This document shows positions 1 to 13,324 of a DNA stretch of 64,000 nucleotides, piece by piece. Below the pieces are notes generated by a model. The model worked only from the letters and a program-made list of their open reading frames with translations. It made no database searches and had not been told where the DNA came from. The DNA comes from Chrysomallon squamiferum (lineage: Eukaryota; Animalia; Mollusca). A program made the translations under genes and the position numbers. The DNA lies in contig CM022672.1 in the NCBI GenBank assembly GCA_012295275.1, positions 8,370,001 to 8,434,000 of the forward strand. The letters are read 5' to 3'. Within the stretch, counting starts at the first letter, position 1; the number at the start of each line of letters is the position of its first letter.

Positions 1-219
1 TATGATGAAGCAACAACTCAGAAGTGAAAAACACTTTATAAATACATTTACAAATTTTTATATTTATTAACCTATTGACTAGCACAAGTTTAACGATAAG
101 GTATTGATTGGGATTTAATTTCTTTAATAACAAATGTAATCACTATTCTCACCCAAATGTATTAACAGGAAGAAAAACAAAATCAGAAAATAAATTGCGC
201 TAAAGAGAAAAGTTCATAA

Positions 220-3200
220 TGACAGAAATGATAACAAAACTGTTTTTAGAAACACAACGAAATAGCAAGCAAATGAATCAGCAAGTTAATACATTGACAG
301 ATATTTGACAGATCAGCAACCAGTTAAGTTTGAAATTATGGTCACAGTGCTCTGTCTGTGAAATTTGTTGTTGACCACAAATGTGGTTGCTCCAGGTAGT
401 CGAGGGTTTAATGTTGAGAATATAAAAATGTTTATAAGTAGAACATACAACTTGAGACAATCAGAAATAACTCATAGTCAGTTTCTACTAAATAATAACA
501 AGTTTGAACAGCTTAGTAAATGGCTCATGAAAAGAAAAAGTTATTGCATTGGTCTGTTGATGGCACATTATTATAAAAGGTTTATTGCATAAGGCAGTTT
601 ATAAATGGGTTTTAATACAGTTAAGGGCCATTGTTATCTACATGTCTCATTGTCTGCCAACTTATTGTTACTGATAACAGAATACAGTTTAGAGGGTTAG
701 ATAAATTATGACTGATAACAACTAATACAGGTTTATATTATAGAATTAAAAAGGAAAACAAACCAGAAATTTATATTAATGCTATCATTAAAGATCCATA
801 ATAAAATGTGATGTAAATGTTCACTTGAATGTCTGTAATAATAATAATAATAATTTAGCAGATTTGGTACATCATACTCCTTTACACTTCAGTATATTTG
901 TTTTTAGTTCTTTAATACTTGTAATATAAATTGCTGTTGGAAAATGTTGAGTGTAATGTTTTTTACATTAATATTTTTGTACTGGGTTTGATTTTAATTA
1001 CATTTTATAAACTGTGCAAAAATCAAGGTTAGAAGTGAGCCTGTTTTGTTGTGACATGATATATTTAGAGTCATTTATCTTTGTCATTTTCATCTTAAAG
1101 AATTTGCTAAGAAAGCTGGAGTTTCTTTCTGATATGTAAGTTTTGTTTGAAAGACTCTGGTATTTAAATAATACATATGTTATGAATGAATATTTATTGT
1201 TGCTTTCATTAAAATGCTAAATATTTATCATAAATGTTTTTTACATTTCCACAGTAATAAACATTATTCTGAGAGCCCATTTTATAAAAGTAATAAACTA
1301 ACCAATCATAGATGGAAATAAATAAAATAAAAAAAGAGCGATGCCAAGAAAATGAATAAAATAATACCATTTTAAAAATATAATGAAAACTGTAATACCA
1401 TCCCCCTTGAATAATTAAAAAGTAATAAAAAAACAAACAAACAAACAAAAAAATTAAAATAATGAATAATCTAAATTGTTACTTATATTTTGAACAAGAT
1501 ATTGGTAAGTATGAACTTGGTAAAATAGAAAAATTGTTTTCTAATAGTTACTTAAGCAGACTTTTTGGATTTAATCATTTTGCCCTTTTGGTTGGTCTTG
1601 CAAATCAGTTTTCATCATCTATCATTCACTTTTCATTCACAAAACCCATACAAATGTATATATTTATATATAAAAGCATGTTTTTGTAAATTCTGTTTCT
1701 AAAATACAGTTTTATTATGTAATCAACAAGCATTGTAAATGTGTATTTATTTTAATCTTTGGTGCGCTTGAAAATTCTTTAGTATTATCTTGTTTTCTTG
1801 TTCTGTTAAAAAATAACTTTTAGTCTTGATGTTAATACTCTATAATCAATAGTGGCTGTGATACAGTTATTGCTTATAAATCTGTCTTCAGTGACAGACA
1901 TAATCCATGTCTAAACTACACTCTTACAAACATATATAACATGGTTGCTACCTTTCACTTTCTTCTGGTAATGTTTTAAAAATCCATTACTAAAATTCAT
2001 CAGTTTAACTTGAAGTATGTTGCTATCTGAATGAAACGTAAAATGTTTTTTAACTTATTTCACTGGTATTTAATAATACTGACACACACACATACACAAA
2101 AAAATAAATATTTTGAACTAATGCAGAATTGCATAAAGCTATCTTTTAGTTTTATATTCATTATTGCAGTGATAAAACATGGAAACCATCACATTTTTGT
2201 TCTTCTTCTTATTGACTGATAGTAAAAAGCTTCAAGTAAAATTTGTAAATGTAGACAGCTTTTCATAATTTCATTTTTATGTATTTAACAAGATTTGTTA
2301 AAAGTAAAAAAAAAAAATTTTTCAAATTGGTTATATATTGTTGTTAATTGTAATTCAAACATTATATGTAAATTATATGAAAAATTTCAGTAAATTTGCT
2401 ATCTGGATGCTTATATTTGTGGCTGGAGTAATAAGGCTTAGTTTTAAACTTCATTTGGCTTAGAATGCATATTTGTAATGATCGTAGAATTAAAAAGACT
2501 GCATGTGAATATTCCACATTTTTATCAAATATACATGTAAAATAAATGCACTGTGTATCTCATTCTTTGCTATAATAAAGGAATTGAAATTTTTTTAATA
2601 TAATTTGAAAATCAAAAGATTTATCAAATATTCATAAAATATAATTAAATAAATACAAAAGAAAAATAAGAGAGAAAATAAGCAGGCAGTATTTAAGAAA
2701 TATTGTATTTGACTTGGAAAAGCATGATGGATTTTAACTTAATAAGGATACAAAGAATTTTTTTTTTTTTAAATAACACTTGAAATCAAATGCAAGGATG
2801 TTGTAATAAATATCTTGGAATGAAACTACATTTGAAAAAAAAAACAAATAATAACACATTTAAATATTTAATAGTTAATTAATATTTTGTGTCAGGTTCT
2901 CTTAATATGTATTTTTAATAATTATTATTGTTTGATGTATATTTGGTTTAAACCTTTTAGCTTTCTAGATTAATTGTGTAAACAATAAAAGCTAAAATCA
3001 TTGTTAAAATTTGAAGTAAAAATAAAATAAAGACCATTGAAACATGTAAATATTTTTAAAACTGCTTCACATAAGTTGTTATGCATTGTGTAGGCAGTAT
3101 TGGTGAGTCTGTAACCTGCACACTTGTTGTTTTTGTTTGTTGTATAAATCCGAAGTTTATTTAGTATTTATGTATATAGTTGTACATAGTATACATACCT

Positions 3201-4050
3201 CATAATCTGGTCATAGTGCTTCCCCAGTAAACATCATGGCAAAAAGTTTTATGTACAGCTTTTAAAATTACCCTTTTCGGTCGTCTTATTATTTGTGTAA
3301 TCACAAGTGTTCTGTAACTATATTCTCTTGTCACAAGTATTTTGTAACCATTTTCTCTTGTAATGTATTTTGTAACCATTGTGTCTTGTAATAATGATCA
3401 AACAGTTGTTTGAAGAATCATAAGCTCTATAACATGTTTTGTAATTGCTTTTTTTTTTTTTTTTTTCTAAAAATCAACTTGTAAGTGTGGTCTAATGTAA
3501 AGTATTTTGTATATAAAAAGATCTTTTAATAATAAAGAATAACTTGTGGAAGAATGCTGATAATATGTGCTCAGTGAATCATACATTAGATAAACTGGCT
3601 TAATATAGCTTTGCTGTTTATTGCAATGCAGATGTATTGACAATTGAATCAGTATAAATATAATTTGGTTGAAGTATTTTAATACAGACCAAACAGGTTG
3701 TAGATCACAAGGTTTTAGTTTCTAATAATTTCACTACATTTCATCATAAAAATATATCTTTCTTTTTTTCATAATTAATAAAGTAAATTCAACTGGAAAA
3801 ACCTTTCTACAGCCAGAAAATAGTGTCTGTTTGAGTAATGCAGGATGTTAATAGGTATATTTGAAGTGTTTCGAGATGAATATAAATCAAGATCAAAGTT
3901 TTTTTTTTTCAGCACTGCCATATTGTCAACTGAACTGTCAGCTACATGTTACTCACTTCTGCCATGTTTAAATGTAAAAGAATGTTTGTTGTTGATAATG
4001 TAAATGTGTATTTTACAGTTTTCAAATAAATTATGTATGTTTTGTCAAGA
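220..4050 (+). other. Probable long 3' UTR of an upstream plus-strand gene
   Basis: T/G-skewed, CpG-poor sequence with no credible ORF. AATAAA at 4025-4030 is followed by a GU/U-rich tract, and the strand skew flips near 4.1 kb where the convergent PCGF1 3' UTR would end. Confidence 0.35.
3301..3390. repeat. Tandem repeat, about 30 bp x 3
   Basis: Variants of cacaagtattttgtaaccattttctcttgt. Confidence 0.7.
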
Positions 4051-4116
4051 TGTTTTTCTTTTTATAATTTTTTATAATTATATGAATCAGTAAAATGAAA
4101 ATGTCAGAAGCAAGAA

Positions 4117-4149
<33 letters not shown>

Positions 4150-5320
4150 TTAAATTTTAATTTGATTTAATACGAGACTTGTTGATTTAAATTTGTCATC
4201 GTGATAACGGATTCCTCCCCAATCATGGATGTACACCCAGATAACAAATAGAAAACAGAAAACAAAACCAGTATAGAATGAAACAACATTTTTATAAACA
4301 ATAACATTTTTTTTTCCAGCTTTCACAACATCACAAATAACAATCACAGATTATAAGCCTTGAATAAGCAACATTTTGAAGTAATTTGTTCTTCACCGAT
4401 TTCAGGAAATAAACAAAGTTTGTAGCTTTTTTTCTATTTGAAGATATGTAGCAATTATAATGTTACAAATCATTTCCATTTAATTAACATTTTTTAAAAT
4501 TTCCAAATTTTCAAATCTAACATTTGCTTACAATAATTGTCTTGTAGTCTTAATGTACAATTTCTGTCATTTATTTCAACTGACAAAATGTAAAACTGTT
4601 AAGGTTACCCTTACAAATAAATGGGTGTAAATTCAATTTGTCTGTTCTCAATAACTGCCTTATTTTTTAAGAAAAAAGTTTGTTGAAAATAAAATTTGAC
4701 ACTAGCTGAATTTTCAGAACATTCAGTATACAGAGACAAAATCAAATCTTGTTAAGAGGGGTGGTACAGTGATGTGATGTAAAATAATAATCCTGATGTT
4801 TACAAAATTTATTTAGAGTTTCTATTGATACCACCAACAGTAAACATTACAAATTTGATTTCATGTAAGTCAGCAACTATTCAAACTTCTCAAAAAAACT
4901 GTCAGTTCACGATGAAATTAAACTTCAAGTTGATGACTCTTCAGTCCATGACATCATATTTAGAATTAACATATCTCACAACTGTCTTAATTCATCAACA
5001 ACAGACTTCCAGCAAAACAAACAAAGAAACAATAGTTCGTCAAAAATAACCAATAGATCTATGTAAACTTTGTCAACTTCAAAAACATTTTGGCCTGATG
5101 TCAGTCTGTGTGGACCTTTATACCAACATTCTTTTGTGGAGGATCTTATAATAAAGTTTTCAATAACAATTTTTCTTTTTTCACTCGATATATTTTTCAT
5201 ATGGTTACAGTTAACAGCCCAGGCCAGTTTTGTGTATACATAAATTTATTAAAAAGATCAATATGGCACTGAAATGTAAGGCATTTTGGCAGAACTAACA
5301 ACAACATGAACACCAGGAAT

Positions 5321-8300
5321 TTACGTGTTTCCATCTTGGAATCTGTAGAACAGCATCATTGGCGTTTCCTAAAAAAATAAAGAGTAAGTAAAATAATTTA
5401 CTGTCATGGTTACAGATTATAATTATCATTTTTGATTTTAAATTTAAAAAAAAAATACAAAACAAACAAAAATACATTCTTAATGGCCTTTGATAAAAAG
5501 GTGTGCAGCATAGCTGCAATAGGAAATAGCCTTACAATCACAATATGGAAGATTAATATGTGATCAGTATCTCTATAGGTGATGAAATTGTTATAATTAA
5601 CTTACCTTTTCATACCAGTTCATCAAATAAATCTCTATATAACTACATTTCTTTAATAGGTGAAACAGAAATTATTAACTATCCCTTTTGTAGCAGTTCA
5701 TCAAATAAATGTTTGTAATAGTATTTGTGTAGGTGAAATAATAATTATTAACTTAACCTTTCATACCAATTCATCAAATAAATATGTTTATAATAGTAAT
5801 TATTAACTTACCTTTTCATACCAGTTCATCAAATAAATCTGAATATAACAGTATTTGTACAGGTGAAATAGTAATTATTAACTTACCCTTTCGTACCAGT
5901 TCATCAAATAAATCTGTTTAAGAGACATTTCGTCTGCCAGTTCTTCATCTTCACATAACACAGCAAACTGTTCGAACATGTAAAAAAAAAAAAAAATGTA
6001 AACAAACACTTTACAAACACAAAGTCAGAACATAACATTTCAAACTATTCATTTGTTACCAGTAAAAACAAGAAACAGCAATAAAAAAAGTTTAAATTCT
6101 TGATGTCTGACAGCATGTCAGACATCAAGAATATAAATTTGAAATTCACTGTTGTCTTTCTGAGCATTAAATTCAAACTTACTTCCAGTGTGGCAGGGAT
6201 GTTGAGCTTTTTATGCAGCATGGCTTTTATATGTGCCACAAGAACTCTGACGGAACAACGGATAAACTTCTTCTCTAGATTCTGTAGCTGATAGCGTTTT
6301 CCAAAATGTTGTACAGTTTGTGTGCTAAAAATTAAAAACAAATCGTAATTGTTGGACACAGTTTTGAAAAACTGTAAGTGTCAGAAAGTCAGGTTATTAG
6401 ATAATAAACATTAATTAATTAATAACGGCATTTGTTTTAAAACACTTCTATAGACTTTAATGTAACAGTAACAATAAGACTTTAAATCTCAATGGTTTAA
6501 TAAGCTGTTGTTTTTTAATTCAAATATAGTTTGCTAAGTACCATAATTACAAAACTGATCAGACTGATGAATAATAAATATTCTCTATTTAATTTTATAA
6601 TTGATAACAGTCAAGATAAAATAGCTGTACTGTCGATGATAAAATGTTTGTGTGATATATAGTGATCTACAACTGGGCTATTTCACATTCCAACCATTAG
6701 TTCATAATCAGTACATCAAATATGTGTCCTCAATGGGTAGATGCTAAGAGAAAAATATAAATAAGTTTATCCCACTACTTGGCACCCAATGATAAAATAC
6801 TACTAACCAAAATGCCAGCTGGCGGTGTTATAAAGCAATTTAAAAAATCAATTTAAAATGTTTTCTTGCATACCTATTCTTTTCCAGACATAGACATATT
6901 TGTTCATCATATCTGTATTTGTAGCCATGTGGTTTGTTGATAATACTTGACAGTCGAGGACCGTTAGCATTTTCACCTGTAAAAGAAAAATTAGACCAAA
7001 ATTTACATCTCTGGAAAATATGATATAATTTGTAAATCTGAAAACATTACAATTAACAATATTGCTAAATGTCATTAAATAAGTGCAAATTTCATTTAAA
7101 ATATAGAACATTTATTAACAATATCAGTTATTGCTTTTATTTATCTGCAAAATAAAGACAATTTTGAATTTTTAATTTGACGGTCAAAGCAGACATTACT
7201 GTCTTATGAAATAATTTATAATTATGCAGTTTTGTAAATAATTTATTTTTATGCTTACCCTGTGTTGTGTCTTCTTTGTCTTTTTTAATGCTAATTTCAC
7301 CCCGTGATTTGTAAAATTCTGTTCTCCTTTTATCTTCATCTGTGAAAATAAATATTTACATAATTTATATAGTTTGATTAGTATTTTAAAGTTAAACACA
7401 CACACACACACACACACACACAAATATTAAGAAATTAATGTTGTTTAAACACCCCAACAAAATCCACAAAAAGAACAGAACACCCAAAAAGAAAAAAAAA
7501 GAAATTAAAAAGAATTCCAAATCGTCTATATTTACTAGAGTAAAAAAAAAAAAAGGTTTGTAAAAATAATTACAAATACATTAATTAAATGAAGTTTATG
7601 AAGTTAATCAATGAATAAAATACTTACTTTCAAACAAGCCAGGTACAAGTTTGTACACAATATCCTGCATCGTTCTGTCTGATCGCAGGTGAAACAGTGG
7701 CTGTGTTTCGTGAACTTTGACACTGCATTGTGGACAACATTTGCTGCTCTGCAGATATTTCACTATACAACTCTTACAGTCTGAAATTTATGGAAAATAA
7801 TATTAATACCAATAATAAAATTAAAATTACAGAAGGATATTTCTGGAGTTCATAATTAGATATGTAGACATATTGATTTTTGTATTAAATGAAATTTACA
7901 CAAGGTTTCTTCAAACTATCAAAACTGTAGATCAACATCTGTTTCCCCGTAGAGGTTAATCAATTCATGCTCCTTTTCCCAATCAGTAGTCCAAATTGTT
8001 TAACAAGTAAGCACTTATACTGGAATTTCATGTTGCCATACTTAATCTGTTAAAAAATCGAATTTGCTCTGAGACAAAACATTACTTTAAAATGCTGATA
8101 ATGAAACAGAAATATTTAAAAAAAATTAATTATGTCAAAAAAATCTTCTTTATAAAATAAGTATAATTTATAATTTGTTTTGTTAGTAATATAATTCACT
8201 GTATACTGTGAAACATTAAAATAATAAAATAAATAAATAAAATGTAGTTACATGTATGAAGACATTCTGTAATTGTGGTGGCATCGATGAAGTAACCTGC

Positions 8301-9286
8301 ACACAGAGAACACACAATGTGGGGATTCACATCTCGCATACAGATCTTCAAACTTTGCTGAAACAAAAATGACAATTAATTTATTAAATTACTGATACAA
8401 TATTCTAACTCAGCTGAAAAAAAAAACTTGTAATAAAAACTGATCTTCACACTTTATTGGAAAAAAAAAAAAACTTTAATATTTTGAATACATGTAATAT
8501 GTATATACAGATATTGAAACATAGTTGAAAGGAAAATTGTAATAAAATATGATAAATTACTACTATCATTAGTAATATAATTAATATTTTCATGATTTGT
8601 TATAAAATAATTTGTTCAAAGCCTATGCCTGCTCCTGATGATAACGATTTCATGTATTACTGTCTTATGTATTGTACTATATCACCATGTTATAAACTGC
8701 TTAATAATTTAAAAGATACTAAGTAACTAAATGAAAACAATATTTATGATTTAATCTGAATAATTATTAGTATAATTATATATGGTGTATTAGTTAATCT
8801 ACAAACTGTGACTGCGATCTTTTTTATAGTTCGTGACAAGGGTCTAGGTTGACTAGAGACTAGCAACAAAATACGTTCAAAAACAAATCAGCAAAATACT
8901 TAAAATGTTAAATACAGTAAAATAGTGAATAAAATCACTGCTGTCAAAGCCGAGATTTAGTTTTAAACCGAGTTTAGAAATTTCAGCACAAATAGTATAT
9001 ATTATTGAATCAGAATAACCGTATTATTAAAATACTAAAATAATTAAATAAATTGAAAAAATACATATAACATTTATATTGTAATGAATATAATGAATGA
9101 TAAAAATTCATTCATTCTAACCGGCAATAATGAATTATCTCCCCTAATGGCGGCTTTTATTCTTCTATTTCTTCATTTAATTTTTACTATCGACCTTTAC
9201 TACGAAAGTTATAACAGATATAAAAACAGTATATCAATCGGGATAAAAAACGGCATGTTTTATACCATACTTACATCCTCATCCAT
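5321..9286 (-). CDS. PCGF1: Polycomb group RING finger protein 1 (PCGF1/NSPc1-like; non-canonical PRC1.1 subunit), 8 coding exons, 241 aa
   Basis: Exons (minus): 9286-9275, 8357-8252, 7780-7628, 7339-7259, 6976-6874, 6324-6183, 5967-5887, 5368-5321. All introns are GT-AG with consistent phases (726 nt total). Translation gives a C3HC4 RING ([44 protein letters not shown]), then [27 protein letters not shown], and a C-terminal RAWUL ([37 protein letters not shown]). These match PCGF1 as I recall it better than PCGF2/4 or 3/5. The 12-nt first exon is the least certain. Confidence 0.9.
5575..5910 (-). repeat. Degenerate tandem repeat (about 55-80 bp, 5 copies) of the PCGF1 exon 7 3' end plus splice donor
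   Basis: The plus-strand motif ttaacttacc..ttcataccagttcatcaaataaat recurs at about 5597, 5675, 5748 and 5803, and at the true exon end at about 5878. Confidence 0.85.
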
Positions 9287-9685
9287 TATAAAATTTATTT
9301 TCAGTTTAAATTTATATACACACAAACTGCGTCTTACTCTAACAGGAAGTAAAATATTATATATACATGCATGCAAAGTTTTTCTTTTGTTTGCGTATTA
9401 GTGGCTGCTAATATTCTTATTTTAGTGATTAACTAACTAAGTTTAGTTATATACGGACAAAATTTATTTCTGTTTTCCATATAAACAACCTAATAATTCT
9501 AATATAATTCCGTAACAAATACTAATTGATGGCTAATAAATATTGCCTAAAGAGGCACGTGCAGAAAGTAAACTGTCTTTTATTTTATATTTGAGTTATG
9601 TTAATCATTTATGACAAGCTACAGAATCAATAATGTTTACTATTCTTGGATAAAATGTGAACGCAGTTATGTTTTATAAGAAAAA
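9287..9685. promoter_or_regulatory. Bidirectional promoter region PCGF1/HPS1
   Basis: 400 bp between divergent start codons. Local rise in CpG frequency (about 8.8-9.95 kb) within otherwise CpG-poor DNA. ETS-like CAGGAAGT near 9343 and E-box CACGTG near 9556. Confidence 0.65.
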
Positions 9686-11060
9686 ATGAAGTGTGTTTTT
9701 ATCGTAAATCGCATGAACGATGTACTCTTCATAGACTGCGATGACGAATTTGCAGTTTATCTTAACCGGCAGGGTGAAAATTGCTACCAGCAAGATGGAG
9801 ACAGTAAAGCACAGGTTAAAAGACAATGCTTGCAGTAATTTATAGGCAGGATGGGGGGGGGCACTAACACAGAAATTACATTTCATAAATATATATATTT
9901 TTTTATAAAACCCATTTCTTCGAAAAAAGTATATTAAGTTCCGAAGAAGACGTCTATTAACCTTACTTATATGTTTTTCATCATGTTATTATAGAGGTAC
10001 CATCTTTTGAAATGTGGGTGTCCACGGATCCTTGACTTTCTATAAAACCTAATAATTATAAAATTTTTCTTTATTATCAAAAAGAATTAAAGCACACAAT
10101 TAATAAAACAAATTTTTATGATTATTACACTATTAAAATTAAAAAAAGAAAAAAAGGAAGAAATAAAGATCTTGGGGTTATCTCAAGCTTGGGGCTCAGA
10201 GATTTTTTGTCCCCTTTGCCTTAAAATAAATCCCGCTGTGTTTATAGAACAAAAGTGATTTCTAGTGCATCAGCGATCATTGGTTTGGACAGAATATATA
10301 TTTAAACTGGCCATTGATAGTTTATTTAAGTTCCAAATATCTGGATGAAATAATTGTAATTACTTGTTAATTTTATGCTTTGACATGCCTAAGATCTTAA
10401 AGTACAATGAATTTTCAGTGAATAAATTTTCATTTGAATTGTATTATTATTTAAAAAAAAATATAATATAAAAACTAAATATGTACATTGATTAAAATGG
10501 TATATTTTCAAGCAGGCATTTGGATCTGCCCTTTTTTTAATTATCAAGGTAAGATTCACATGGAAAATTTGAACCAGCAGTTGTAACAGCATCAGTGATA
10601 TGATCCTTGATTACAAAGATTTTAATGTCACTTTTAATCAGTGGCATGAATAATATCATGATTTTTAGACATCAGTACAAAATTCAGAGTCACACAGTTT
10701 AAAGTAGATACCTGCTTTTAAATAAACAAACTAACAAATAGTAGTGATTTAATTATATTTTAATTGTAATAAATCTTGAAATATAAAATAAGTCAGTTGA
10801 ATCTGAATATTTCAGTTATTTTATTTTGCAGACCGAAGGTCCTCAAACAGATGCCCCTTCTGTGGACACCAGTCTCATCATGCAGCTGTTTTCTCCTCTA
10901 GTGTTGTCAAATTGGGGTCTGATTGTAGAGACAAAAAATCCTTGCTCCTCAGTCACCTGTGAAAATGGATTTATCTTTGTTTTTAGACAGGTAATCAACA
11001 GACCATATATTTGCATCTACACATGTTGTTTATGAGAATGTGTTGTGTGTATGTAAGAGA

Positions 11061-11099
<39 letters not shown>

Positions 11100-13290
11100 T
11101 GTGTGTGTGTGAGTGTGTGAATGTTTCTAAATGTGTGCCTGTATGGATTTATATGTGTACATATCAGTTTGTTTGCATCTTAACAGAAAAATATACCAGT
11201 GACACTGAAGGTGTATTTCCACTGATCAGCTCTTCATCTTGTGTCATCACACAGCCATAAAACTTTAATCTTACATTTTATATTTTTAATATTACACTTT
11301 TCATTACATATATACATATATGTAAGAAAGTTCAGAGTGAAATGTTGTTTCAGATGGATGAGTTTTTGTTTATTGCTATCAATGGAGATGGGATGGAAAA
11401 TGAAGATTTTCTACACAAGAAGTTACAGATATTTTACCGACTAATCAGGTTCCTCTTTGGTCCTGTCACTGATGAGTATGTTTGTTTATACTAAGACTTA
11501 AGTTCATCTTTATTTACTTGTTTTAAGCTCGTTTTATCCATAAGTGTGTTTTATATATATAAAATTGATGTTCTCCAAGAAACATTTTAAAAAATTATTA
11601 ATATTTTTTTTTATCTTTGAGGAAAAATAATATTTTATTCTGGTTGGTAAATAAAATCCCATCACTTCATAAATCAGTCTTTCCTTGTGCTTATTAAGCT
11701 GCTTTCATAATATTATGTTAAGAAAAACCCACACACTATACCACAAATTATTCAAATTATTTGTATATATAATGTTTACGACATGTTTTCTACAAGCCAA
11801 AATGAAAAGAATTCTTTCATAACGTTAATGGTATGAAAAGAGTTTGTGTTTTGCAAGTTATAATTTATTTTTCAGAATCAGCCATTCTCGATTTGAGGAT
11901 AAGAAAAGGAGATGGAATTTTCTGAGACGACTTTTAGACACGTGGCAAACTCTTTATCATGAAGAGCAGTCATTTCTGGTAGAGGTACATATTTTCGTAA
12001 TATTTAATTATTTAATTTTAAAAAAGAAACTCAAAAATTTTATTCCTTCAGAATATATAGTCGATGAAATGCTTTACTGTTAAAAATGCAGTTATAATGT
12101 TTTGATTATTGTTTAAACAAATTTAATTTACATGAGAACTTAATATTTTATTTGTGATATTTAATTTACATTAGAACTTCATATTTTATTTGTCTGTGAT
12201 AATTAATTCACATGAGAACTTCATATTTTATTTGTTCAGCCACAGCTGAATTTCTCATTCCAAAAGCGAACAAACAGATGAATATCTTTACTGGAATGTT
12301 TTTCTTTAATTGTCGTATGACAAAGGAATTAATTATAAAGATGCTGATTAAAATTTTGAAGACATCAAATAAATATTCATTTAAAAAAAAAAAAAAATTT
12401 GTTTACTAATATATTTATATTTTGTAGTTTCATTCACTGTGTATTTCTTTATTCTTTCTCTTGTTCAGGCCATAGAGAGGCTGCATGTGACAAGTGAGCT
12501 GAATGAGAAGTGTATGTTGCTGTTGGAGGAGTTAATCAGTGAACTAAAGAAGGTTGTGGAAAACTCAGCAAAACATGTTCTCCTACTTGTTAACAGCAAA
12601 CTGCTGTCTTTGTATTCAGAGTAAGTAGAAATATATATGTGTGTGTCTGTGTGTAAATGCGAGTACTGTTTCCATTTAGCATGGTTAAAAGCCAGGCTTT
12701 GTTTAAATTCTCTTGTCAGTTTTTGATGGTGGAATGCAAACTGAAATATGAGAAATTACTTTTGAATAAACAGCGTGTTTATCTTAAATGGTAAACTTTA
12801 TTAATCTGTTCATATATTGACCACTGTACAACACCTATTAATCAATATAATTTTGTGTTAAATTTTAAAAATTATAATTTTATATTATAATTTTGCATAT
12901 TTTGTCTTAAGTAAGTTAAATTAACTGTAATTTGATTCCTTCACTTTCTGAAAAAAAAAAACAAAAAAAAAAAGAACAACAAAACAAAACAATAAATGAA
13001 TGAATAAATAAACTGAAAAAAAAATAATAAAAGGAAAAATAACTCACAATTATTTTTCCTGTTCAGCTGGAATGTATCTGAGTTGATGCCAGCTGACATC
13101 CTGTACATCACTCTACTTGTTCACGATCTCTTCCCCCCAGCCATGCATCTTGACGACATGTTGTCTCAGTCATATTCGACTACATCACATCAATATCGTG
13201 ATGACGGCAGAACAAGCATGTTTTTTTCTTCAACTACAACACCAGTTCAACCACCGAGAGAGGAGGAAAGTGAGGAGGACCAGGAGGTGG

Positions 13291-13324
<34 letters not shown>

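Noticed and set aside
5575-5910. CRISPR-like repeat/spacer appearance
   Set aside because: The spacers are themselves homologous and the repeats derive from a host exon end. The context is eukaryotic and there are no cas genes.
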